Shown here: positions 52,831 to 64,000 of the stretch, in pieces
How positions within the stretch are numbered: position 1 is the first letter of the stretch
How the letters are laid out: each line of letters starts with the position of its first letter
Assembly (NCBI GenBank): GCA_036172245.1
Contig: JAYWIR010000038.1
Location: 1,798,001 to 1,862,000, forward strand
Reading direction: 5' to 3'
Length of the DNA stretch: 64,000 bases
Source of the DNA: Raillietiella orientalis
Taxonomy: Eukaryota
The notes under the pieces: generated by a model
Seen by the model: the letters and a program-made list of their open reading frames with translations, nothing else
What the model was told of the DNA's origin: nothing
Databases searched by the model: none
Made by a program: the position numbers and the translations under genes

Positions 52831-55800
52831 GTTGAGGCTGCGGTAAGATCATGCGACGGATCCAAATGCCAAATCCTTCCTTCGAACAATATAAGGCAAA
52901 ATTTTAGAATTTTGTTTCCTTTTGAATGAATCATGAGATAAGATCACATGTGCTAAATAAATAAATACGCAGACCACAATTAGACCACATAATCTACAGA
53001 AAATAATTCAAAGAGTAGGATGATAAAGAAATGAAGCACTGTGTTGCTCCAATCTCGGTAAAAGTAAGCAATTCCCACAATGAATTAACTGAAAATTGAA
53101 TTAGCTTCATATCGTTCAAGTTTGCAATCATCGGCTTCCTTCAGGGAAAGGATGCAATGGTCTTTCACAGGTATCCCCCGGTCAGTGAATAGTCTATAGT
53201 TGTTTACTGGGTTATCACCTACAGATGTACACCGTAATGCAGGAAAACATCAATGGAATTCCTCACTATTTATCTCAACTATTTCACAATCATTGTTAAG
53301 AAAGGGATTAAATCTTAAGGGATTTTTTTTGAGTTCAAGTTGTAAATACTGTTATGGAGAAATGAGAGGTTCAAGAAATTTTAATTAACTTAAGCAATAA
53401 TCACAGTACATTTTTAATATTGCGTCGTTTACAGGTGCAAAGATTGTTATTTGGAAGATCATTCATCAAATATTCACTTGTTTTGAGAACAGCTGATAAG
53501 ACAGTATTAAGTAGTATTGATAATTATTACGAAACATTAAGGGATAGGGTTAAAAAAATGGAATTGCTTCTTTCTTATTAGAAACTTTTAATTATTACTG
53601 TAAACCATTTAAGGAATCATGACAGTTCCTATGGAAAACAAATATTGAGAATCTATGATATAGGTTTCAAATGTCCTGGAGAACAACTTCGGCAATTGCA
53701 TGAAGCTTTTGCTATTATAGTGAGTTTGTTTTCAATCCCTATTTCTTTATCGTTCCATCTCTTTGGAAAACATTTCGAGAATTTATTTAACTGAACCGGA
53801 ATATGATTTTCAAAACAGTCGCATACTGATGATATTCCAAAGCTATTTGAATTTTATATAAATCACGTGCACATTTGTATGTATTATTTAACAATTCACA
53901 ATTTACAGTATCAAGTTGATGACGTGAATTATTATTCATGTGATTTCAAACACATCGCATCATTACATTACATTAACTATCATTACTTAGATATGAACAC
54001 ACATGGTAAATTGAAGTCGTAGTAGTACATCACATGATATGTCATGTGCCTTGTTTATTCTACATAATCAGAGAGTAACTATGTTTTTCGTTTATCACAT
54101 CCTATGGAATAAAACGGCTAAATATACTGCAGCATAAAGAGATTGCATCAATTTAGATCTACGTTATGTGGTAACTTTTAATCAGTGTTTTTCATAACTG
54201 ATTTTTATGTTATCTTGAGATGTCTAGATTCCACTGTCTAAACCACAAGAATTGTTTCATTTCAGTAGTTCTTATTCTTGATAATATCTCAAAGCAAATT
54301 TGCATTAAACCGAATCTTATGAGTAGGACAGTTTTAGTGGTTCAAAGCAAATAATGGGCTCTTATCTCATTTTTATAAAAGAAAAATCACAGAAAGTTTT
54401 TAAGACAAATTTCAGTGATACATTTTTTTGAATGCAAAGTAATGCAACTTGAACTTTAATACGAATTATTCTTAATGCCTAAATGTGTTGAGTGAATTTA
54501 AGATTAGAATACTGAGCTAGAATGCGATTCTGCTCATATCCTTTCTACTTTTAATGTGTTAGCTATTCTTTAATCAAACGTCCAACTAGAATGTCCTTTT
54601 TTTTTTTTTATTTGGCAATTTAAAAGAAAAAAAAGTAAAGAAACAAATCTGTTCTTCAACAATCCAGATTTCTTGTTCTATATTGAAGCCATTCTAGGAC
54701 GAGATTGTATAAAGTGGAAAATAAAGAGTGCCAATACTTATTAAGTATAGCACATGAGATCCGGTAAATTTGAAACGAATAAATTTGTCAGTCCATGTGG
54801 ATCCAAGAAAGTTACTTGCATTGCTAGTAAGGTACATGTGCCATTGCGACTTAAGTTGATTTAAGACAACCATGATAGATTTGACAGCATTTGTTGTTAT
54901 GTGTTACTAAGAGAACAATAGTCACCTCCCTGATCAGTTTCTCTAAACACAAAAAATTTTTCGCCATTTAGGATAATTTGCTACTTTGCTTCTTAATTAG
55001 TTCCAATCTGTTCTTTAACGTAATTCGAAGATCTATACATTTCAATAGAAAAAATTTGACAATTATAAAACTGAGGATTTGATCTTAGCAATCTTGGAAT
55101 GCAAGCATGTGTAATTAAAGATATAACATTGCTTTTTATTTGTGAAAATCATCTGTAGAAAGGAAGTACATTAAAGCTGAAACCTATTTTAATAGAAGAA
55201 AACCTTTTAGAAGAATATACATTATTCACTTCATCAATACAATTGCTTCTAAATGTCACTATAAAATTACAAACAAATGTAGACTTGGAAGTATGTATGT
55301 CTTCATTAGTAGATTTTAATGTTAATTAATTATAATTGGTTGCTTGCAATTTGCATTGGTAATCATCTTTTATGCAAATAGGAGGAATTAGCTATTCATC
55401 ATGACTTCATGATAGCATACAAAAAAATAAATGTGGAATGATGATTCCACCCATTTAACAATTCATAAAATAACTCCTAATGGTTACTTTAAATGCACTG
55501 TCTTAAAAATCAAGAATCGGATAGTGATCAGATAATACGTTTGGATTACTGTAGTTTTAAAAAGAGTACTCTCCACTGTTGTGATACAAAACAATAGCAT
55601 AGAAGCATAAAAATATAATAATAATTTGAATCCGAGATTCTGAAGCCATGTAGTAGTTGAAGGCCTACATTTTCAAGACACTGCCACAGCTGAAGTTAAA
55701 ACTACATTCAACTGCATTTTTACAGTACATATAAAAAACTAGTTCCTTCACAAATTGGAGCAAATTCTAAGCTGCAACTAGGGAATGCATTGCTGACACA

Positions 55801-58800
55801 ACATAAGATCTATTATGAGTCACTTCAAAAGCACTAAATATCAAATAATACCTTTAGAAAGAACTTTGGAGACAATATATGAAATACAAGACTCATACTG
55901 TGTCGAGTGCAGCATTAGTTTTTCAGAGCACAATTAAGTATTTTCATGTATAATTGTAGAGGAAGGAATTTTTGAGGTGTGCAGATTGTGGTGGAAATAC
56001 TCATTGTGGAACATAAGACAGAGGCACGGTTTCTTAAGTATGCGTTGCCAGCTAGGTAACCGAAATTTAAAAAACATTGACAAGAAAGACTTTTGAGAGA
56101 TGACGGAGCATATAAAATGCATTTATAAAAATGAATGCAACGTTATGCTCGGAATAATGTGCTTCACTATATTCAAAACATTCGAACATGTTTCCAAGGT
56201 ATGGAGTTCAACTGAAGATGAAGTAAGGCAGGGATCACTCCCACCATAATTGCAAATCATAAAAAATGCCAAATTAGTTCCTCGCATGACCTCCAAGTGT
56301 GTATATTCAAGCAAATCTTCCTCATCTGCCAAACACGAGAAAACAGCATCTGAAATGAAATGCGAAAAGAATTCCGAAGATGAGAAAGGTAAAATGAGCA
56401 CATAAAGGAAAATCACTGGAAGGGAAATGCCCAAATGACGAGTGACCTGGACCACAAGGCTCCAGGCAGCCCGAAATCGTTGTGAAATAATAGGAAGAGA
56501 AATCGTTCTACTGTCGAGAAACTTTGTCCGCCTTCGCTGTATGAGCCACACTTCAGTCGAGAAAGGTTCAGATCTGGAGATCACAGAGAAGAACGAAGAA
56601 AACAAGAGATCACAGAGGTGAAGCTGTGAATGCGCACAATGCTTTAAGCAAGCGACCTCCCCCAAACACTGAAGTTGAGATTTCCCGCTGCATTTCTTTT
56701 CACAGTGTTGAGAGCAGTGCAGCGTTAACGCTTTTTTGCCACCTTCATGCCGATTAAGAATCCACTGTGCTCTATTTCACCTCTGCTTCGACTAAATGGG
56801 TGTGTGCAATGCCATTGACTAGATCGCAATCTTCAAGCCACAATCTTCACTGATCTTTCTGGCAGTTACTTATGCGACCCTAAGCGCCGTTTCATTTTCA
56901 TATCGGACTGTTATGTTAGCTTTTAGGTGGGCGTTCGCAACTTCTCGGTAACCAACTCTTTGAACTTTATACCTTTTATCAGGAAATCTCAGAGGAATGA
57001 GCAGAAGCTAGAGGCTACAAAAAATTGACTCATTCCATTGTAATGATGTCTTCGCGTTGAATGGATGTTCAGCATGGACAGCTTGTCTTTTTGGAGCGAT
57101 GTTTTCCACTTTTCGTTTTTGGAAATTAATTCGATTTAATCAGAAGTGTTTCTATACGTTTTTTTTTGTTTGTTTGCACATATTTTCCGTACCTTGCTTG
57201 TTTGCATCAGTCAAAGTTTAGTTTTTGTCTTGTTTTAGAAACAACGGTCTGCATCCAGGATGTCTTGGAAATTTCGACAGTCCATGCTTCCAGAGTTTCT
57301 CTCGTAGAAGAAATGATTTGATTTTCATCACTCTCAGGAGATCCGCAGAGGCACAGTTCCTAATAAGTATTGGCCCTTTTTCCCATCATAATACCTTCGA
57401 AGATCAAATTCATGTACCTAATAAGCCTTCCAAATCACTGTTTGCTGTTCCCTGGAAAATGTGCATGCCTTCAACCTAACCTGATTTCTTCATTGAAGTT
57501 CTGACTGCCTGTTCTGCTGGTATTCCGCCTCATTCATCATTGGGAGGGTTTAAAATAACACAAGAGTGAACCAGCAAATTGCACCTAGGAGGGATTTTCG
57601 TTTAGAAACAGTGTATGTGGAACACTTGCGGGTTGCACGCAAAAGAGCTTAAAACACGAAGACTCTCACTAGTGCTCGGCTTGCTGGAAAAAACAGAAAC
57701 GTATGCCCTTCTCCTGATTACAAGAATTCAACACTGTAATCTGAATGGAAGAATGAATTAGAATGGGTAAAATGACTTTGCGGGAGTACATAATGAATTC
57801 TGTATGAGTTCTTGGGCTTCAAAACAGTGGACCCAGGATCGTCTCAAAGGATGCAACCATTTGACACTGAAAAGACTGCCTCTAAAGATCCACAGATAAA
57901 TCACCTTCAAAATTTGCTCAGATAGGAAGGAATAGTTTATGTTAACTAACGTGACTCAACCTACTTACTAAAACCCGCTCTATCCAAACGATTTCTACCA
58001 TTTGCATTCAAAAGCGATTCAGGGAAGGCATAAAGGAATGAAGGAAGACAAAAAGGTGTCGACTCTTCGTGGGCACAGGCCACAAGGAATGAAGAAGAGA
58101 TTTGGTCTCCAGACGAAGCAACACCCCTGATATAAGTTCAAGCTTTGCCCAGAGGATATACGAGCTGTCACGTTGACTTGACAAGCATGCAAACAGCTTC
58201 TTGCTTCATATTCATCCCTACCATCCAGCTACCAATGGATCCGCAGTCATGACTCGCTGGGGACAGAGTACGCAGATTTTTTACAGTGCCAGTTCGAGCA
58301 CATTTCCTGGACGGCGGTTCCACTCATTCTGTCCGCATCAACCATGAAAGAGCGATAAAAAAAAAAAAACCATATCGACACACACGAAAAATGGAGCAGA
58401 CAAACGGCACTTTTTACCCTGAACGACTTTGGCACGTCATATCAGTATCTCAGTAGCTGGTCTGATTCTTTAATCCATTTCCGCATAAAAACAACAGAGC
58501 CACGACTCCGCCATGTTATTGAATACCGTGGTCTTAGCCAATTTCATTTTACTGCTTTGTTTTCACAAGATCCGGAAACCTGGAAGAGAAGCGCCGTGCG
58601 GACTCACTGACTGCTCTTCCCGGATGAACACAAGGAATGTTCAGATTAAGGTGAAAATATCTTTCACTAATGTGAATCTACAGAGCTGGAGCTGACAGCG
58701 CGAAATGTCCACTTTTGCTGAAGTTCCAGTTGCGGCCGACTTGAGGAAGATCTGCTGCATGACTGTCTCCGTCAAGAAGCACCAATTACGACCGGCCGGT

Positions 58801-60390
58801 GTCCATACGCATTAGACTGTCTACTTTGGATGTGATCAATGGAGACAGCCTCTCACGTTGGATCGAAGACGCTCTTATATAAAAAAACACCTCGCAGCGC
58901 TCGCAGGTTTTTCTGCAGAAGAATGAAGATTCCATCACGAGCCGATTTCGTTTCCAATCAGGACGATAAGATTGCTTGCTGCTGACGCCTAGGGCACACA
59001 GTCTTGTGGGTTCGAGTCGTGTCGAGACGAGGCTGATCAAAGCGAATGACGAAAGAAATCAACGATGAAAGATAAATCAAACGAATTGTAATTAACGTTA
59101 ATTAAAGTGCACTCAATTTTCAATACAGCACCTATGTGTAACTGGATTTCTAAAACGATGCCCTCATTTGCTGCAGACACAACACCTTATTATAAGAATG
59201 ACATAATCACAAAAAGGGCAAACAAAAACCATGCATTCATGTAAATGTATGCACACGTATATTAAAATGGACAAACAATATCGAATAAGCAAACACACAT
59301 CCACATACCAGCAAATATATTCAATATGCGTTTGTCAATCATTTTGTTCATTTCCATCTTCGAAGATTTCCTATGGATGATTCGTTCGATAGATCAGCAC
59401 ATCTTGCCATTTCTCAGCGACGAACCGAAGAAGAATGAATTCAGAGAACACGCTTCCTTGCTCACGAAAGAAAAGAAGGGGGGGGGGGGGGGGAAGTCTC
59501 AAAAACCCTGGCTCCTTCTAGACGGGGGGATCGGAAACCCGCGAGGTTGCGCAGCGCAGCAGCGAATCTTCCGAGTTGCTTCGGGAGATGCTGCGCGCTG
59601 CCTCCGCGATCGCGAAGAGAACACCCAACAGTTGTCATCCCCAACGCACGTGCACGTTGCGCGGCAATCGGGCGAATCGACACGCAGAGAGCGGACGGAA
59701 GATGGTCAGGGAGGAGCGGACGGGGCGCTGGAGCAGTCGACGAGAAGACCCCCCTTCGTAGGTCCCGTTGCCGCGCTGGCGCGGGCCTTTCCGACGGCAA
59801 GTGGTGGCCAGTGGCAGAGCGGAACGTCGAGAAGAGAGCGCGGAAGAGAGAGCGGTTGCGGCAGAAGGCATTGCTGGTGACCACGCCCAAATCATGGCAT
59901 TCAGATGCGTTCTCGATTCTTCTCTTCATGCTGACGAAGACGCGCTTGGGATTTTCAGGCTGGAAAGCGTGGGGCCATCTGAGCTCTTCGAGTCGGCAGC
60001 GGCCGCGCGCAGGCACGGATGGAAGAGGGCATGGCGACTGGACGGGTGGCGGGATGCCGCTGGCCTGCTTCCCCGCTCCGGTCCAGGAGTGGCGTGCACC
60101 TGAGGATGCAGATGCCGAAGGCGCGATCGCCGGGCGGGAAAGCGCTCGCCGAGGACGCTGAGCGCTTTGCTAGGTTTGGCAGTTCCGCACCATGGCGACA
60201 TCCAGGGTGATGCCGCGACAGGGGTGGGGAAGTTGTGATGGGAAGGGAGCAGCAGGGAGGGCCGAACGCGTACGCCGTCGTCCCCCACGAAGCGATCGAT
60301 GCGAAGCGCTGATCCGTGGTCCGCGGTTTCACGGCGGGGGTCGAAATCCGTGCGCGGAAGGATCGGAGGAGGAAAACGGAAAGGAAACGC

Positions 60391-60435
60391 GAAAAAAAAA
60401 AAAAAAAAAAAAAAAAGAAGAGGAAGAGGAGGAGG
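60391..60435. repeat. Poly(A)/purine-rich tract
   Basis: Long A run followed by gaag/gga units. Confidence 0.85.
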
Positions 60436-61360
60436 CAAAAAAGGTCGCAATAAACGCAGGGAAAAAGTGTACGATTCGCACACGTCGCGGCGGCTCGGAG
60501 GGGTCGAAGGGAGCGATCGGTCGGTAAGGTCGGCGAATGACGGGGAGGATGCAGCGCAATTGTCGTGGTTTTCACAAGCGTGCACTTCGGCGAGGGTGAT
60601 GGAATTCGTGTTTCCCCGTTTCCGGTTCCCCGTGCACGGGGACGTGTGTCTTCCTTCGAGTGCGCCGCGAAACGAGCCCGCTTTTGCCAAGGTTATTGCA
60701 AAAACACGCGCCTCCTTGCCGTGTGGCCTTTCGAGCCTACGAACGAAGAAGGCAGGAAGGAAGGAAGGAAGCAAAAGGGGGGGGGGGGAACGGAACGAAG
60801 ATCGGAAATTGGGGAGGCCCCTGCAATGTTTTCCGAAGCGTCCTGGGGGCGGGTCAGGAGCCCTCGACTTGTAGACTTTGCTCTTCGGGTTGGGAGGTTC
60901 CCCGTTTTGCAAGCTGCTTGTAGCAAAGAAGCAGAGGAAAGCTTGCTCTGCTTGGTTGTGCCGCTTCGAGTTGCAACCACAAGTGGTTTTTTTTTTTCTT
61001 TTTCCCCCTTTTTGTTTTTTTTTTTGTTTTTGTTTTTTGTTGTCGTTGTATTGCTGTTGGTAGCTTTTGGTGGTGGAGGTTATGAGGCGTGGTACGAATG
61101 GGAAGGTAGCCGAATAGCAGGCATTTGGCCAGAGGTTATGTGTGTGGTTTCCCATGGGGTTAGCTGGCCGACTTGGGGTGGGCTTGTCTGCTGATTTTTT
61201 GTGGGTTGTGCATGTGAGGCCAACCCATGGTGGGCCATGGGCTGAGCAGTGATGCTTTCCTTCTGGAAGTGTCCATGCCACAGGAAGCATGGGCCATGTT
61301 GCCAGTGTTGATTGTGCACAGTTTTGTTGTAGGATGCGATTCGTCAAGTAAAAAGTGAAG

Positions 61361-63797
61361 ATGAATTCAATGCAGTATTTTGACTGCCACTTGTCCTGGG
61401 ACAATTATCATGAGTTTCTGATTGCTGAATTATGTGAATGCCATGGTGAACAAAAATATGCAGACCTGTTCATCAGATGTGAAAATAAAAGCATTGGTTG
61501 CCACAAGTCAGTGATGGCAGCCTCCAGTGATTTGCTGAAAGGCTTGCTGAAAAATGAAAATTCAGATGTGCTTATCTTATCAGGATACAAATTTTCCACA
61601 ATAAAGTGAGTAGTTTTTGTTTTGCATTGCAAGGGAGTGCGTTGGTCCGCCATGTATGAATTTTTGCCATGGGTGGCAGTGAAGTGTTGCCCATTTGGTC
61701 AATTGATGATGAATAGTCATGAATGGAAGGAGGTGTTGATTTCGTTGCTTGCAAGAGGAAGTGTTTTTGCTCATTGAATTGCTGTGCAGATCGCATTTTG
61801 CTGTTTGTTTGATTCGCGGCATGCACACGTTTGCGTCTGCATGCCACTTTTGCCATGATGGATTTTTTTCCCTGCCATGTGCGGCCCGTGCAGTGTTGTG
61901 TTGCCTATTTTTGTTGGCTGGAAGGTGGAACGGGGATTGTTGGAAGTCGTGGTCCAGTGTTTTCGGTACTGCAGAAGAAGGGAGTGAGTGTGCCAAATGG
62001 AGCTGAGGCAGTGGAAGGGAGTGGCATCAAATGGTGCAGCTGAGGGTGATTGTGTTTTCGTTTTTCTTGGTTTTTCTGTTTGACGGGCGTGTCCGTGAAG
62101 GTAAGTAGAGGAAGTGTAGAAGGAGACGTGTTGTGTGAGCGTTGCTCGAATCGTTCAGTTGAAAGTGTGTGTATGTGTGCGCGAGCGTTGTGTGTTTTGT
62201 TTGTGGTTTTCGTGATTTTTGGACCGCGCACTCCCATTATGTGAGGTGAGTGCAGCTTTTGATCGTGTGCGCGTGTGTTTCAGGTGCCTGGTGAAGTTTA
62301 TTTATCTTGGAGAATTGAGCCTACCACTGCACAGCTACCAGGACTTTATTGAGACTGCTCGCGACCTGCAGATCAAGGGAATCGTCGACAATCCGCTGAT
62401 CTCGGATTTTGACCCGAGGCTGGGTCAGCATGTTAGGCATGTTTACTCATCTGAGGGAGTCAGCCTGCAGAAGGGTGTTGGAGTGGGAGCGAGTACAGGC
62501 TACGAATCGGAAAGCTGTGAAAAGCTGGACGATTACTGGGAGTGCAGGGACAGCGATGACCTGCAGTGGGAGTCTGGAGTGTGCGGCTCAGATGTACAGG
62601 ACGATTCATCGTTGGACAGCATTGGGAACGTGGTGTGCAGCCTGCTGGAGGAGCTGGTGATGCAAACGGAAGTGAACATTGCTGCAAATAGTTGTGAACC
62701 TTTGTCTCCCAGCACCATGGACAGCGAAGGTGAGTTGGAGGTGGTTTGGACACCAGGGTGGAGAGTGGTGCATGAGTGGTTGTGAGTTTTTTCTTGTGAG
62801 CATGCGGTTATGGTTTTGATGTGTGGATTTGCATATTTGGAATTGTGATTCCATGGTTGTGTTTGTGTGCACCAGAGCCGCTGAGGGGATCTCGAGGAAC
62901 GCGGGATCACCCTGTGAGGACATGTTCCCGCTGTCATCGTGCATTTCACAGCCGAATGCTGTATCAGTTGCATTCGTGCAAAGGGACCCACTCCCGTGCT
63001 GGGAAGAAGGCAAGCAGCCGTGGGAGGATGCGTCCTTCATTTGGTGTGTGCGACGGGCAGGTGGAGCGTCATCCTCTGGTGAAAGTGCGGCGGCTAGATG
63101 ATAGCCAGCTGTGCAATTTGGAGGAGCGGACGACCTCTCCTGGATCAGAGGAAACGTTGGATAGAGATGAAGAGAGCAGCTTCTGCTGCTTGGAGTGCAG
63201 CGAGCAGTTCTGCTCGTTGGGTGCGCTGCAGCAGCACATGAGCATTCATGCAAGGGTTCACCGCTGCAGCATTTGCGGCTGGAGCTTTGAATCGGAAGAA
63301 GGAAGACTGTTGCACGAGAATGAGCACAATGCGTCGCCGTTGCTGTGCGAATTGTGCGGGAAGGGGATGAGAGCACGGGAAGCATACATGCTGCACTACC
63401 GCCTGCATTCTGTGGACAGGTGAGTGTTGGGTTTGCAGACGTTTTGGGTGCATTTCAGTGGTTGTTCAGGGAAGAGAGCGCGTTTTCTCTTCCGTCGCTG
63501 CTTGCCCGAAACAGCAGTTTCGGTGGTGTTGGCAGCAGCAATTCTTCTCAGGTGGGCAAGTCTCACAGGTTGCTGATGTCTGCACGTGCGAGGCTGAAGC
63601 ACAAGAGGCGAGGGAGGCCGCCGAACGGTGCGCATCGCGTGTCGGTGGTGGAGGTGAAGAGCACGCCCGTGAAGAGAATGTCTCTGGACAAGAACCAAGT
63701 GCGTCGACTGAACGAGACGATGGAGGAAGTTCTGGAGGACATGTGCAGTTGGTTTGCTGAAGATGGTTTGGTTACCAGCGATGAGGAGTACTTGTGA
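61361..63797 (+). CDS. BTB/POZ (ttk-type) C2H2 zinc-finger protein, exons 61361-61605, 62284-62729, 62876-63419, 63470-63797 (520 aa)
   Basis: BTB: HLSWDNYH...YADLFIRCENKSIGCHKSVMAASS...K|CLVKFIYLGELSL...FIETARDLQIKG. Fingers: CLEC..HMSIH, CSIC..HENEH, CELC..HYRLH plus one atypical finger. GT-AG introns have consistent phases; the last exon is less certain. Confidence 0.88.
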
Positions 63798-64000
63798 TGG
63801 AGCTCCAGCAGCTGCCAGTTGGTCGCATGGCGCGGAGACTCTTTGGGGAGGAACGGACGTCGTTGTGCGTCGTTTTGGGTGAAGTCGCCGTTTCCTCGAG
63901 ATGGGAGGTGTGCTGGAAGAAATCCGGAACTTCCCCCTGGAGCCATGACGTGTTGCAGGGAGGGAGGGTGCGTCTGGAAAGCTGGGAAGCGATCTCGAAT

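Noticed and set aside
59926..61404. 492-aa minus-strand ORF
   Set aside because: Runs through poly(A)/poly(T) tracts giving poly-K and poly-F; low-complexity sequence upstream of the BTB-ZF CDS.
1..64000. CRISPR array, rRNA, prokaryotic operon or intact autonomous retroelement
   Set aside because: No regularly spaced repeats or rRNA signatures were seen, the genes have spliceosomal introns, and every RT copy is frameshifted or truncated.

Overview
Eukaryotic genomic DNA, probably from an arthropod (ttk-type BTB-zinc-finger gene, Ten-m-like teneurin, very short GT-AG introns). Roughly 2-40 kb is visibly GC-rich and is a mosaic of decayed fragments of an L1/Tx1-like non-LTR retrotransposon family in both orientations, with a few possible BEL/Pao gag remnants. 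Embedded in it is an intact, intron-containing but doubly truncated teneurin fragment (23.7-26.4 kb). The AT-rich right part holds an intronless XRCC2 CDS directly followed by a 7-exon SCFD2 gene on the minus strand, then a BTB-C2H2 zinc-finger gene on the plus strand. The strongest observation is that the XRCC2 stop codon and the SCFD2 start codon overlap as ATGA (49922-49925) with no intergenic space, an operon-like arrangement suggesting a bicistronic mRNA or a promoter inside XRCC2. Also notable are a 3'-terminal AATAAA+hairpin motif shared by six LINE copies, SCFD2 introns of only 36-47 nt, and an unidentified decayed multi-copy coding element. All family assignments come from remembered motifs; no database searches were run.
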